DNA of 48,478 nt, filler included, from Guillardia theta CCMP2712 (lineage: Eukaryota > Protista > Cryptophyta): assembly GCF_000315625.1 (NCBI RefSeq). It is 3 parts of 3 records of this genome, joined end to end, with 100 filler letters (N's around TTAATTAATTAA, not from the genome) between each part and the next. Parts side by side here need not be neighbours in the genome. Positions count along the whole stretch, not along the records: positions 1 to 14,835 come from NW_005434314.1; 2 more parts are not named here. One strand, 5' to 3'. The position numbers were made by a program, and so were the translations under genes. Positions 1 to 14,200 of this stretch are shown in pieces. The notes under the pieces were generated by a model. It ran no database searches, was not told the origin of the DNA, and was given only the letters and a program-made list of their open reading frames with translations. Positions within the stretch are counted from its first letter, which is position 1, and each line of letters starts with the position of its first letter.

Positions 1-1449
1 CCTGCCGCTGCTTCTGCACCTCCTCCTCCATCCACCACCACCACCTCCTCTATCCTGCTGCTGCTCCATCCTGCCGCTGCTTCCGCTGCTGCTGCTGCGC
101 CCCGCCGCCGCCGCTGCTGCTGCTGCTCCTCCTCCTCCTCCTCTGTCCTGCTGCTGTTGCTGCTGGTGGCTGTGGTGGTGCTACCTCCCTGGACTTCCTC
201 CTTCTTGGCTTCCTAACTAGCTGTGGGTTCAGGCTCCGGCTGCTCCTGTCGCCAAGGCAGTCACTTCTCCTGCAAGTTCGCAACCTGCTCAGCCGGGTAC
301 TGCTGCCTCTCCCCGCCTTCCTCCACGCCTTCCTTCCACACCTCCTGCTCCTGCTCCTCCGCATCCTTTTCACTTGCACCTTCTCCTTCTCCCTCCACAC
401 CTCCTGCTCTGCTCCAGCTCCAGCCTCAACCCCTGTCTGCTTCGTCCTCGTCCTCGTCCTTATTCTGCCTCATTCGGGTCCTCATCCCCCTCTATCCCCC
501 TTTTGCTCCTCCGCTCTCTTGTTCTCGTTCCTATCCCTCACTCATCTTGCAGCCATGGAGCAACCTGCCGCAGCAGCCAAGGAGGCTCCTGCTGCAGCAG
601 GTGAGACTGGAGGAAGAAGTTTGTGCCTTGACACCGCGACAGACGAGCAGGTTCCCGAGCTGAAGCCCAAGCCCGAGAGAACGGTGAGAGGGAGGAAGCG
701 AAGAGGGTGGAGAGGTGTGGAGAGGGAGGGAGGGAGAGGAAGCAAGGGGAGAGGAGGGAAGAAGACGTATGGAGCAAAGTTGCGACATGACTGTAACTCG
801 TTTGTAGTTGGACCAGATCAAGGAGCAACTTCGATCCAAGTCCCCCTACTCCCAGCGCAAGGTGAAGGCTCCTCCTCCTCCCTCCCTCCTCCCCTCCTTC
901 CTTTCCACTTCTCTTTCCTGCTACTAACCTCCCCTCGCCCTCTTCCGCTCTTTCCTTCCTTCTCCTGCCTTTCCTCTACCTCCTGCCTTCTCCCTCTCTT
1001 CCCTCCCTCCCTTTGTCTTCATCCTCTCTCTTCCCCGTGCCCCTCTTCCTCCTCTGTCCTCTTCTTCTCCCTCGTCCTCCTCTGCCCCCCCATCTCCCCT
1101 CTTCCTGATTCGCTTCTGCAGTCGCCATGGGACACGTGATCTCGCTTCCTTCACTCCACACGATCCAGCTGGCCTCGAGCTAGCGACGACAAGTTTGTGC
1201 CTGATGAAATTTTGAAAAGTGTTCATTTGGTTGTCTCTACTTCCAAGCTCTCCTTCTCAGCTGAACTTCCTGCCGTCGTAAGGAGCGTTGATGCTGTCCG
1301 CGTCCTTCCAACGGTTCTCCCACCTGATTCTCTCAGCCGTCTTGTGAAGGTCGGAGAGCTGCCCAGCTTGTCAGTCACGAGCCTTTCCCAGCTCCTCTCC
1401 CAGCTGCAGCGCCCTCGTTCCTCCAGCTCACCTTCTCCTCTCCCTGCTG

Positions 1450-4400
1450 GAGCACTTGGCTCTTAAGCGCCTGCAGCTCCGCCTTCGCCTGCAGCTCCGT
1501 CAGCTGAGATCCAGCTCAAGGCAGAGAAGTCGAACATGCTCTGGCGCATGTCGGACAGCGTCCTTGAGCATTTTCTGCACAGCATGTCAGATGTTTACCA
1601 CCGTCTCCTCTCCCCTCCTCCCCTCCCCTCCCCTTCCCTCCCCTCTTCTCCCTCTTCCCTTCCACTGCCTTCTCTCCCCTCTCCTCTTCTCCCTTCCTCT
1701 CCCCTCCTTTCCAATCATCTCCTCTCCCTCCCCCTCCCATGCTCTGCTCTGCTCTGCTCTTTCCTTCCCATCCTCCCTCCATACCCCCTCTCCCCCCCTC
1801 TTTTCCTGGCCTTCCTCCTCCTCACCTCTCCGTTCAGTGTGTCGCCTAGCATCCGAACTGTTGCAGCCCATCAGTAACTTTCCTGACCGTCTTCTCCCTT
1901 CCCCCCCATTCCTCCTTCTCTCTTCCCCCCCACTCTCCCTTCCGCTGCTTCTGCCTTTGCTGGTGCTGGTGCTGGTGCTGCTGGTCCTCTTCCTCCTCCT
2001 CCCCTCGGTCAACTTCGTCTCCCACACCCTCTAACTCACCCAGCATCACCCCGTAGTTGGCAAGCGTCCTCCAATCGTGAGGATCAATCCGCAGGGCCTT
2101 CCTCAGTACCCGCTCCTGTCACAGCAGCAGCAGCATCAGCATGCCTCGGCCCTCCTCCTGTCTCTCCTCTCACTTCCCCCTCCTCCGTTTCTGCCGCGTA
2201 TCTCGTTCCTCCTTCCAACTCCTCGCTCTCCCCCTTCCTCTCCTTTTTCTCACCCTATCCTTTCCTCTCTCCTCTCACTCTATCTCTCTCCTCCCAACTT
2301 ACCGATCCCTCCCTGTCATCAAGCTGGCAGAGCACTTTCCCGTACCCGCACAGAGCTGGCACGTAGTCTACACCACCAAGTGGGTCAGAGCACACCAGCT
2401 GGAGGCTAGCTGACCAGGTGCCAAGCTGAGAGCCTGTAGAGGTGACGAGTCAGAGGCTCTAGATGCAGCCAAGGTAGCGGGACCCGCTCGAAGATCTTTG
2501 CGGACTTTTGGAAGCGACTCTGAGCTCGGCATCAGCTGACGTGGGAAGCTGCTGGGGGAAGGGGAAAGCACCTTGACTACTTCGTCCATCATCCCGTGCA
2601 TGCTGACTTTCCCATCTGGTAAAACCGCAAAGTGAGCCCTCTCCTAGTCCAGCTAGAGCTCACCCTTGTCAAATATCTTGGCCGCCTCTTGGTACTGCAG
2701 CAACTTCTCATTCCCCTCCTCCTCCTCCTCATCCTCCTCCTCCTCCTCTTTCTCCTTTTCTCCGCATTAATCACCTCGTTCTGCACGGTAGCATTGGGCA
2801 GCCCAGCAGGAGGGATGGCGAGGATGTTCGCCCGTCCTGCTCAGCTCTGAGGGGAGCCCGGAACTTCACAGCTCACCTAGCATGGCCTCCAGGTGGTTGG
2901 GAACGAGCTTCAATGCCCTGCTGGCCCTCTATCAGCCCCTCCCCCTCCCCCCGCAAACTTCCTCTGATAGATCATCTCTGCGTCCATGAACTGGCCCTTC
3001 GAGCTGCGAAGGGGAGGCGGAGCCAGTCAGCTGAGCTGATCACGTCACACAGCACAGCTGGACCTGAGAAGGCTTGCCTTGTGGCACAGGGAAGCCACGT
3101 GGTCGGGCTGGATTTTGATCGCCTTGTCCAGCATCAGCCCAGCTACTTCGCGGCTGTTGTCGCTCTCCCTCAGCACCCCCCCGAGGCACGCGAGCGTGTC
3201 TGCATCATTAGGGCTCGACCTGTAGGTCCAGATGAGTAGTCAAGTTCAGCTGGTGTCCACCTGGTGGCCTCTCGCCGCTCACCGTAGCGCCCTCTTCAGC
3301 AGATCCTTGGCATCTTCCACGTCCCGTCGATCTCGAGCTTGCGCGATCTTCAGCTCTGCGAACCCTCTGCCGCCTACTCTGAGCTGGGAAGCTAGGAGCT
3401 GAGAACCGCCTCACCGGAGTGACGGCACGTGGCTGGGGGCCAGCTGAAGGGCTCGCTGGGACAGAAAGTGTCAAACCGTCGTCCTGAGCGGCAGGAAAGG
3501 GGGAACGTGAGAGCAGATCCTCTCACCTCGAAGAGCTCGCTGGCCTCCTCCATGTCGTGCAGCTCGTCCTTCAGCTGGGAAAAGGCGCTATCACCCCTCA
3601 AGTCCCCACTCATGACCCCTCCCCACTCACCAGACACGCGAAGTCGCACAAGGTGGGAACGTGGTCGGGCTGGACCCTCTCCGCCTTCTCGTAGAGCGAC
3701 CTGGCCTCGTCGTACTCTTGTCTGCCCGCCTCGTCAGGCACGTCGCCCAGCTGTTTCCTAGCTGTTCTCCAGCTGCATCTCACCTCTGGCATGCGAGGAA
3801 AGCGGCCAGGTTGGTGAGGCTCTCAGCGTCTGCGGGGTGACACTTCAAGCTGAAGGCAGACAGGTGAGGGGGGTGAGGGGGCGGCGGGCAAGGAACTCCA
3901 CCTCCTCCTCAGCAGAGCCTCCGCCTGGTCCTTTTCCCCCTCACTCCTGGAAGAACCTCAAGTCAGGATCTCTGCTGGGGCCCAGCAGGGGCAAGAGACG
4001 TCGCTCTAGTTCCCAGCACCATCCCATAGCCCAGCAAGGCCCTCCTGTCTCGCTCGCTCAGTCGCTTCACCTTGCAGCGCGAGGGTCAGTTCACCTGTTG
4101 GTGGGGTCGATCGCCAGGGCCTGGAGGGGTGAGCAGCAGGAGATCAGCTCGGCCCTTCTCCTCCTCCCGTACAACCTTCGCGAACATGCCGATCGATCTT
4201 TGCGGGTTGTTGGCGGCAAGCAGCGATCCATACTCCCCCAGCACGAGCTTGACCGCATGTGAGCGTTGGCAGTCTCGTCAGTCACACCCCCTGACCGTGT
4301 TTGACGGGTCGATTACAAGGGCTCGCCTGAAGAGCCTGCAGTCCTAGTGAGCCGAGATGTCTTCTCCCAGGTGATGCCGAGCTGTGTACCTCTCGGTGGA

Positions 4401-4500
4401 GCTGTAGTCTCCCCTCTCGTACAGGAAGCATCCTGCTCGGCGAGGGTGAGAGAGCAGAGGACGTCAAAGCGTGCGGTGGCTTCGACGCCTCCTAACATGA
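1450..4500 (-). CDS. Multi-exon TPR-repeat protein (boundaries approximate; probably extends further toward the window start and into the gap)
   Basis: TPR-like helical hairpins in several minus-strand exons: QEYDEARSLYEKAERVQPDHVPTLCDFA (~3640-3730), AGLMLDKAIKIQPDHVASLCHKASLL (~3065-3145), QKMLKDAVRHAPEHVRLLCLEL (~1515-1580). These are separated by low-complexity purine-rich introns. Confidence 0.5.
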
Positions 4501-4735
4501 AAATGTTCTTGCAGCATGCTGATCTGATCCTTCATTGTGATCTTGTGTTTTGACCTTCCTCCCCTCTCCCTGCCACTTGTTCTTTCCTGCTCTGACCTGT
4601 CCTCTTCTTTCCCTTCGTTCTCTCCATTCATATCCACATCATTTCCTTTCGCTACTCCTCTGCACCTCCCATCTTCCCCTCACTTTCTCATTCGCCTCCC
4701 TCCCACTCCCTCCCTCCCTCCCTCCCTCCCTCCCT

Positions 4736-5648
4736 NNNNNNNNNNNNNNNNNNNNNNNNNNNNNNNNNNNNNNNNNNNNNNNNNNNNNNNNNNNNNNNNN
4801 NNNNNNNNNNNNNNNNNNNNNNNNNNNNNNNNNNNNNNNNNNNNNNNNNNNNNNNNNNNNNNNNNNNNNNNNNNNNNNNNNNNNNNNNNNNNNNNNNNNN
4901 NNNNNNNNNNNNNNNNNNNNNNNNNNNNNNNNNNNNNNNNNNNNNNNNNNNNNNNNNNNNNNNNNNNNNNNNNNNNNNNNNNNNNNNNNNNNNNNNNNNN
5001 NNNNNNNNNNNNNNNNNNNNNNNNNNNNNNNNNNNNNNNNNNNNNNNNNNNNNNNNNNNNNNNNNNNNNNNNNNNNNNNNNNNNNNNNNNNNNNNNNNNN
5101 NNNNNNNNNNNNNNNNNNNNNNNNNNNNNNNNNNNNNNNNNNNNNNNNNNNNNNNNNNNNNNNNNNNNNNNNNNNNNNNNNNNNNNNNNNNNNNNNNNNN
5201 NNNNNNNNNNNNNNNNNNNNNNNNNNNNNNNNNNNNNNNNNNNNNNNNNNNNNNNNNNNNNNNNNNNNNNNNNNNNNNNNNNNNNNNNNNNNNNNNNNNN
5301 NNNNNNNNNNNNNNNNNNNNNNNNNNNNNNNNNNNNNNNNNNNNNNNNNNNNNNNNNNNNNNNNNNNNNNNNNNNNNNNNNNNNNNNNNNNNNNNNNNNN
5401 NNNNNNNNNNNNNNNNNNNNNNNNNNNNNNNNNNNNNNNNNNNNNNNNNNNNNNNNNNNNNNNNNNNNNNNNNNNNNNNNNNNNNNNNNNNNNNNNNNNN
5501 NNNNNNNNNNNNNNNNNNNNNNNNNNNNNNNNNNNNNNNNNNNNNNNNNNNNNNNNNNNNNNNNNNNNNNNNNNNNNNNNNNNNNNNNNNNNNNNNNNNN
5601 NNNNNNNNNNNNNNNNNNNNNNNNNNNNNNNNNNNNNNNNNNNNNNNG
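4736..5648. other. Assembly gap flanked by (CCCT)n/(GGGA)n microsatellites
   Basis: Run of about 910 N. Confidence 0.95.
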
Positions 5649-8600
5649 GGAGGGAGGGAGGGAGGGAGGAGTCTTGAACCTTGCTGCCTCTTTCCCAGCT
5701 TATGGAAGAGGAAGTTCCCATATCTGGAAAGTTCAGGTGACTCGTAGGCTCCTCTCACCAACCACCTGACCTGCAGATGATACTCGCGTTCTCCGAGCCC
5801 GACTGAGCATTGGGAGCAATGGCCGTTAGCAGTAGGAAGCACATGTAAGGAAAACAAGGTGTTGAATCATTGGGTTGCAAACAGTTCATGTCTGTGACAA
5901 TGGCGTTGTGTAGCAGCAGGTCAATCATCGGCTGACTGTCTTTCTCCCTGTTTCCTACTTCTCGTTCAAGCTCCTAGCATGTCAACACAACATCTCTTGA
6001 GGTCTATCGGATAGAATCTAATGGCATCCCGTCACAACTAGGGGTCTTCCATAACATGGAGCGATGTCCTTCCAAGATAGCTATCATAAACATCTTCCAC
6101 AACATCAACAAGTTTCCCACAGCGTCAAACCTCAATCAATCTTTCATACAGCTCTTCTGCAAGCTGAAGTTCCCCTAACCTCGTGTCAGCACACTCAAAC
6201 AACCAACTTCAAGGAAACCCTGCGCCTCGGCTGCTACAGCATGTCGAAATGTCCTGTCGATCTGGACCAGACTGCGGTCACCGGACGCCTAAAAACCCCC
6301 TCTAGCCTCCTGACCTCGTCCTCGCTCATACTCTCCAATGGAGGAGCCAGGATTTTGTCCCACTAGAAGCAGGCTTGTCACTGGTCAAAGTCCTCGGTAC
6401 AAGGTATTTGTTAACCTTGCTGTAGTCGAGAACGTCGCGTTTCTGTGATTGCTTTGTCTTGTTCTGGGAAGCTTCAACAGTCTTGCCCTTCGGATCTTCA
6501 ACGCTCTTCTCCTGTGCTTTCTTCAACGCCTTTGCAAACTCGCAAGCACACAAGACCTCCTGGGGCTCAGCAAAGTCAAGATGTATGTTGCTTCTCAGTG
6601 GGAGGAGGCTTGGCTTGGGGGCTTTGGTGTCCAACCTGTGAAACAGTCACATGGTGAGGAGGGAGAGACGAGGGAGGGATGGGATGGAAAGGAGACAAAC
6701 AGGAGTCGAGAGGAGCACGAGAAGAGGGGAAGTAGGAAGGAGGTGGGGGCAGGGTGGGAAGGGAGAAGGAGGGGGAGACTAGGGAGCGAAGGAAAGTGGA
6801 GGGGAGGAAGGAGCAGGAGCAGGAGATGGTGGGGGCAAGAGCATGCATAACAATCACCTTGACCGCATCCCACGCAGCCAATCCTTGGTAGGAAGGAGGA
6901 ATTCCTCAACACTGGAGAACGGAACTTACTCAAGGCTAGTAGTCCTACACCGACCCAACCTCCGATTCTTCAATGCTGAGGATATGTTCTCTACTTTCTG
7001 GAGGAGGCAGATCATAACTTCCTAACAGTGGGCAAGGAACGTAGTCTTGTACCATGTTGTGCTCCGGCGGCTCAACACACATCCTGCAAGCCAACCCTTC
7101 AGCACCTGCCTTCCTCCTCCGTCTCATATTGCTTGACGTTCATCACCTGAAGGATTCGGCTCCTGCGGACTGGCTGGCACGCACGCCGACCAACGCGACG
7201 CAGCAGAAGACCAAGGAGGAGAACAAGCTGATCTTGGACCGCATGCTCCGATCAAAGTTTGTGCGTTCAACTCTCTTGCCGCAGTCTCATCTTGCAACGG
7301 AGCAGGGGCCAAGCACCAGGCAAGATGTCAATTTCAACATCTGAGTCTCACTCTCAGTTCGAAGAGCCTCACGTTCTTGCACGTGAGATGTATGTCATCT
7401 GTCAACTGATTCATCCGACTGGTTTGAATTCGAACTTGCCAACTTGCCAGGATTATACTGATCTCAGCTTGCTAAAGTGGAGCTTTGCTAGGTATCTAAG
7501 ACCCAGAATCTTGTGGAGGAAGGTAAGAGACGGTACATGATTGTCATTCTCTTGCTGCAAATGTGCCATTTGATCCTATTTCTCCCTCCTCCTGCTCTGT
7601 TCTCCTCTTCTGTCCCTCGGCCTCCTTTCTCGCTCTCTGCCTCTTGTATCTCAGCATGTACCCCTGTCTCCGTCCTGTCTCTGTCCTGTCTCCGTCCTGT
7701 CTTCGTCTCTCTCCCTGTCCCTGTCGGTCACCTGCGGCTGCTGTTCATTCTCCCTCCCCCCCTCCCCATCCCTCCTCCTCTCCTCTCCTCTCCTCACTTG
7801 CCATGCTATCTCTAATAAATTCATGAGGCGTATCCTTCCCACTTCTACCACCCCTACCCCCCTTCACCGCCTGCTAATACCCCGGCTTTCCACTTCCCCT
7901 CCACCCCTACTACTCCAATACCCACCCCACCCCTTCATGCGAGCACAATCTTATTCCTATGATGGGTGGTGGGAGTGGCGAGTTCAATTAAAAAGTGGGG
8001 TGGGGTACTGATGTTGTGGGTAGGGATAATTGAACGAGTTTGTTGCATGGGGTAGTATGTGTCTGCGGGAGGGGTACTTTGATTTGGAATTGGGATGGAA
8101 GGGGGTGGGGGTAGCTGTGTCTTGATTGGGGTGAGGGTAGGGGTGGATCTTTCCCGCCAAATCGAAAGGAAAATGGCGGATACAGAGAAATTAGACGGGA
8201 AGGAGAATGAGAAAAATGAGAACGGGAGATAACAGGAGGAGGAGGAAGAGGAGGAGGGAGAGGAGGAGGAAGGAGAGGAGGAGGAGGAGGCAGCGATAGA
8301 AGGATAATAGTAACAGGAGGAAGAGTATGGCGAGGAACACAAGGATTGGAAAGTGAGGAGTTGAAGTGTAAATGGGAATTTGTGAAAGGATTGCTAAAGG
8401 ATACAAATGGTCGAGCTATTCAAGTTCGTCTTTGTTATCAAATGGTTCGAAACATAGAGATCGAGTTGCAACTCTCCAACAGACTCACATTACACTGTCT
8501 TGCAAGTTCTTGACAGCCCTGCCAGAAATCCCTGAGACAAAACTTTCGAGCCTTTGATGCTCCAGGGAGAAACATCTTCGACGCCTGATGTGAGAAACGC

Positions 8601-8852
8601 TGGACAACCTTTGGACTCGAAGCTGATCATGGCTCTTAGACTGAGATGGCAGAATCAGCGATAACAGCGGAAGATGATAATGTGAAGGCATCTGACTCGG
8701 CGAAAACATGCTTGTTCAGCTCACGAATGTCGAACAGATGTCGGATATCCAAGCCGACAATTCCGATCAACAAGGAGGTGAGTCGACCTTGAACTTGCTC
8801 GTGCCTTGTCTGATGGTCGCCATTAGCGGCCGAGGAGGAAGAAACTGCCGAC

Positions 8853-11800
8853 ATGGAAAAGTTTCTTAGTACCTTGAAGATCGAGAGGTGTTGGAATGAT
8901 CGCTGTCCTGTTTCTTGCTTTGAGATGAGACCTTACCGCAGCAAGTGCAAGGCGTACGACGCGAGGGACGGGAGATGGTATCAAGCTAAAGTTGTGAACA
9001 TGGAAACCCAGGGTGGGGTCAAGAAAGTGGAAATCCACTTCCATAAATTTCCCAAAAAGTAAGACCATGTAACTCTGTTCTCCCCCCCTTACAAATGTTG
9101 TTCTCCCCTCCTTACAACGATGCAGATACGACGCCTGGGTGACTCTGGACTTGCTTCAACCCCCAGAGAAAGAAATCCTCCTCCCCAAATTGCCCCAGGT
9201 GGAAACGATCGAGGTCGTCGAGGTCCACTGCAAGTCGGTTCTCTTCAAGATCGAGTTTCCCAACGACCTCCAGGGCTTCATGTCGTTCCAAGTGATGGTG
9301 AACGACTCGCTGGACAACATGAAACTCCGTCCGAGACCTGACAACCTCTACCTGTACAAGGGTCTAGAGCCGCTCACCAAGTACACGTTCACCTTCAGAG
9401 CTGTGGGGAAGCAGAAGCAACAGTTGGGGGACTGGAGCCGTGAAGTCGTTGTGAAGACGAACGTTGCTGAATCTGTCAAGGAGGAGGAGGGGACGGCGCG
9501 GCAGGCCAAGGTCAAGGCCGAGCAGAAGGTGATGAAGAACCAGAACAAGGAAGAGAAGGACGAAAAAGACTTGGAGGAGAAGAAGTTGAAGCTATGCACA
9601 AGGAATCACGACTATCATTGCGATATCTGCCTTGGATGGGAGGGAACGCTGGTCTGCTGCGATGGTAGCTGCAGACGCAGCTTTCACCTGGCATGCCTTG
9701 GGATGGACGAGGAGGAGAATGACGAAGAGGAGGAATGGCTGTGCAATCTCTGCAAAGTGGGCGCAAAGAGGTGTATGATCTGCAGCGACTCTCAGGACAG
9801 TGAGAACATGATTCACTGCAAAGTCGAGTCTTGCAAGAAGTACTTCCACAGGGACTGTCTGAAGACGTGGAACTGTGAAGTTGACGCAGCAGGGAGGTTC
9901 ACGTGCCCCCGCCACACCTGCAAAGCTTGCAACCAGGTGAGAGAACGATCGGTCACGCAGGCAACTCTTCTCACGGTTCTGCCAGAGCCAGCACAGCTAC
10001 ACGGGCAAGCAAGGAGTTATGTTCAAGTGCATAGACTGCCCGGCAGCGTTTCATTTCAAGTGCCTGCCTTCACAGGTGAACATGTCAAGGTGTGATCTGT
10101 AGCAGCGACGCTGAAGGGTTGAAAGGGGTACACGCTCTACCCGAACAACATCCCCAGATTCATCTGCAGTCGGTAATGTCATGATGGGTCAAAAGAGGTA
10201 AAGTTTGACCGTTCCACTCCAGAGAGCACCCAGCGCAAGAGAAGAGGTTCAAGGAGATTCATGTCAGGCTTGCCTGCAGGTCTGTAGAGTCATCAAAGGA
10301 GGTTGTTTTGTAGCCCTTGTCTTGATGATTCTCACAGAGACTGTGAAATCGTCGACGATTGGCCATCGGACCCCGTGAAGGATGAAGTATGCTGGAGAAA
10401 ATCTCGTTCTTGTTCCCAACATATTCTTGACTCAATTTGTAGTCTTTCAAGTACATGCTGGATGCTGTCAAGTTTCTTATGCCAGAACATTTCAGGTGAA
10501 CCTTACCTCGTGTGGACATGGTTCGATTGACTGTGAAATCATCTCGGTCTTTCAAGCATGAGATGTTATTTGACATGATGCCTTCTTTCATTCTCCTCAA
10601 AAAATGATGTACATGTTTGCGCAAAATTGAACGAGAATTGTACCATAACTTCATGCACCGCTTACAAACATGTTCACCATGAAATACTGATGAATGCCAT
10701 TTTCTTGCCTTGCAGGCTGCCTGTCCGATTTGCAGAAGCAAGAAATTATGCTGGAAACAAACCTGCACCATTCCGGTAAAAAACGAGAATGGTCTTCATT
10801 GGCAATGACGACACATTCTAGTTTGTTGAAACGCAATCTCTACACGATGGGGAAGCCGAAGACGAACAAGGCAACAAAATGATGCCGTCTTCGATGCTTG
10901 TTCCTTACGAACGCATGTTCCTTATGCATACTATTCTCTTGGCTGTTGAAATCTCGTCTCGTTGTTTCGGAACTGATTCCTCCTTGTCTGCAGGAGCACA
11001 TCACTGTTTGCTCGTGCAAGCTCAATGAAAAGTCGACGTCCAGCGCTCTCCCACAATCCCAGTTAGACCAGGTGCCTTCTAAAATCTACATCTCCTCCTA
11101 TACGCTTCCTCAGCGCTTCAATCTTCTCATACAAAACTTCAGTTTTCCATGGGAACTTGCGGAGATCACTGCGAGAATCGTCTGACCCACTTCGAATGCC
11201 TCGCAAGGTCTGGTTGCTCCCTTCCCTCTCTGCCGCTGATGGAGTACCTCTAGTGTCTGCCACACTGACTGCGGCAACCAGCGACTTCAGAAGAGGATCT
11301 ACCCTCGACTTGAACTCTTTAAGGTCCAAGAGGACCCTGCTCCAGTCCTGTCCTGTCCTTTCTTTTCTATTCCTTTACCTGCCCTGCCCTGCCCTGCCCT
11401 GCCCTGCCCTGCCCTGCCCTGCCCTGCCCTGCCCTGACCTGACCTGACCTGCCCTGACCTGACCTGCCCTGCCCTGTCTTGCACTGTCCTGCCCCATCTT
11501 GTGCTGTGCTGTGCTGTGCTGTGCTGTGCTGTGCTGTCCTGCCTGCCTGTCTGTCTGCCTCTGTCCCATACTCGCTCCCCCAAGTCAAGATTACCTTCCT
11601 CTCGATTCCTCTTCTGCTGTCTTGCGAGGGGAGACGTTCCGCGGTCACCACAAGTTGGATGATTGCTTTTCTTTCTCCCCGACATCAACCAACCCCTCAC
11701 ACTTTCGCTGAATCCTGCGGAGACTTTGAGCAAGGAGGAGCACGAGACCTCTTCTTTCCTCCTCCTCCTCCTTCCTCCTCCTCCTCGGCTCCTCCTGCTC

Positions 11801-14200
11801 GATGTGATGAGAGGGTTCTGTGCTGATCGGGTGCGGCAAGGGCCACAGGTCCTCGCGAGAGATTGATTGCCGTGTATGCGAGCATTTGAGCTCACCCAGC
11901 ACAACATTTTATACTTGTCTTGTGTTGTCTTGTGTTGTCTTGTGTTGTCTTCTCTTGAGTCGGGTTGGGTTGAGTTTTACGTCATTCTTTTCTTCTACTC
12001 CTTGTTCTCCTGCTCCTGCAACGTTCTGCTCTCCATTCTTCCTCCACTTCCTTCCCGTCCTCGTCTTCCTCCCTCCTCTTTTCCTCTTCCTCCTCTCAAT
12101 CTTACATGACCTTTCAGACCGATGGAAGAGGATGGGGACTGAAAGCGCTTGAAGATATTCCAAAAGGTGCTCTGGTGCAGGTCATTGTCAACAACGACTC
12201 TGTTTCATGCCTCAAAGAAAATCAGGAATACATCGGAGAAGTTGTAACCAAGGAAGACTTCAACCTCCGGACATCCCGTAACGCTGAAGAATATGATGAT
12301 TATGGAGAATGTGGAGACAATTGAGATTTTAGTGGTGGTTGTGAAGAAGAAGAAAAGCTTGAACAAGATGAAGAAGGAAAAGGAGATGACAGAGATGTTC
12401 AAGATGATGATAGAGATGGAGATGATGGAGTTGAATATGAGTTGTAAGGAGACAGGCGCGATGATGCATGTTTGATGAAAAAGATCTCAGTTGTGCTTGA
12501 CTTTCTATCTACAGGTTATGGTCCAAACACTCCAGTCTACTTCTTCAATCTCGACAATGATCTGGTTTGATTGCGTTTCATTGTCTGCTTCCTTCCCTTG
12601 CTCCTGTTGCTCCTCCTCCTCCCTCGCCTCCTCCCTCCCTCTCTCCCTCCCTCGCCTCCTCCCTCCCTCTCTCCCTCTCTCCCTCCCTCGCCTCTTCCCT
12701 CTCCTGTTCATCTTCTCTCCCCTCCAGTTTCCATCACTCGCCCAATCTCGTCTCATCGTCTCATGTTGCAACAAGGTCATTGACGCGTCTGCCATGGGCT
12801 CGATGGCGAGATTCATCAATCATTCTTGCAGCCCGTGAGTATTTCTTGTCATTTTGTTGTCTCACCTTATGGTTGGTTGTAGCAATTGCCACACGGAAAA
12901 ATGGACAGTCGGGGCCGAAACTCGTATCGGCATCATGGCTTCTGATAATATTCCTAAAGGAGCAGAAGTAAGTCACTGAAAAGGGATGGTGGAGATGGAG
13001 ATGGAGATGGAGATGGAGATGGAGATGGAGATGGAGATGGAGATGGAGATGGAGATGGAGATGGAGATGGAGATGGAGATGGAGATGGAGATGGAGATGG
13101 AGATGGAGATCGAAATGAAGATGATAGAGATCCAGATTGAAATGATGGAAATGATAGTGAAGGGGACAAATTGTTGTTGTTGTTGTTCTTGTAATCGTTG
13201 TTATTCTTGATTACTGTCTCAATCGAGCTTTCATCCTCCACTGAACATATTTGCAGGTCACGTACAACTATCAATTCGAATCTTTTGGCGGCATGAAGCA
13301 CAAATGTCTCTGCGGAGCTCCGAACTGCAGCGGGTAATGCGATACTACATGATATGATATGATATGATATGATATGATATGATATGATATGATATGATAT
13401 GAAACGATATGATACGATATGATATGATATGATATGATATGAGACTAGGTAGCATTTGAGTAGATGATGAGAGGAGGGGAGATGTGTTGTTACTTTATAT
13501 GCTCTGAAGTGCCAAGTGACGTGTTGTTAGTACGTTGATAGCAACTCTTTGCTTTGCTCACGAGTTTGTTTTCAACAGATTTCTTGGGAAAAGGCCAAAG
13601 ACAGCAAAAGAGCTCGAGATGGAGGTGAATTTTGATTTGTGCTGGTGACAGGACATTGACAGCTGGTTCGAAGAACATGCCGAACAAAAGATCAAAAGTG
13701 AAAGGAAAACACAACAAGGCTGCTACTGCTCCTGTTGCGCAAGAAGAAGGAGGAGAAGGAGAAGAAGAAGGAGAAGGAGAAGAAGCAGACTTGATCGGAA
13801 GGTTTACAACTTGAACACAGTGAAGAGGATCTGTCAATGGTTGAAACTTTTGCAACCAGAATGGTGGAGTACGATGATAGTGGAGAAACGAAACGAGCTA
13901 GGGTAATGAAGCCTGCGCAATCACTGTATCTTCACGTTCCCTGATTGTTGTGTCCTTCAGGTTCTCGATGTGAAGGATAAGTTTGCACTTGTTCTCTTGG
14001 ACGACATCCGTCAGGTGAGCAGTGAGTTGTCAACAGCAATTACGTTGACGAAGGTTACAGCAAGTCTTGTTTGTCGAGATGGACCGGTTGAATCTCCTGG
14101 AAGGTGACTCGATTTGTCAAACTCTCAACGGTTCTTCAACGGACTGAGCGAGCGAGCAGCACAAGATGCCATGAAGCTTGAATCCTGCGAATCGCCCAAG
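8853..14200 (+). CDS. NSD/ASH1-like histone-lysine N-methyltransferase: chromo-barrel/Tudor-knot, FN3-like, PHD fingers, SET, post-SET (multi-exon; ends approximate)
   Basis: KAYDARDGRWYQAKVV...EIHFHKFPKK-YDAWV (chromo barrel); YKGLEPLTKYTFTFRAVG...GDWS (FN3); CDIC..LVCCDGSCRRSFHLAC..WLCNLC, CMIC..HC..C.KYFHRDC, FTCPRHTC (NSD-type PHDs). SET exons GRGWGLKALEDIPKGALV-EYIGEV (12120-12250), VIDASAMGSMARFINHSCSP-NC (12776-12890), TYNYQF and post-SET KCLCGAPNCSG (13260-13332). Confidence 0.85.
11378..11540 (+). repeat. Intronic pentamer microsatellites (CCCTG/CCTGA/TGTGC)n
   Basis: Visible tandem pentamers. Confidence 0.9.
12990..13110 (+). repeat. Intronic (GGAGAT)n microsatellite; a (GATAT)n run follows at ~13348-13441
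   Basis: About 20 hexamer copies between SET-domain exons. Confidence 0.9.

Noticed and set aside
4537-5857. Long 360-410 aa ORFs
   Set aside because: Artefacts of reading through an N gap.
5900-8800. Separate gene or 5' exons of the methyltransferase
   Set aside because: Short coding-looking pieces exist (e.g. 6940-7260), but no consistent splice model or domain could be supported.
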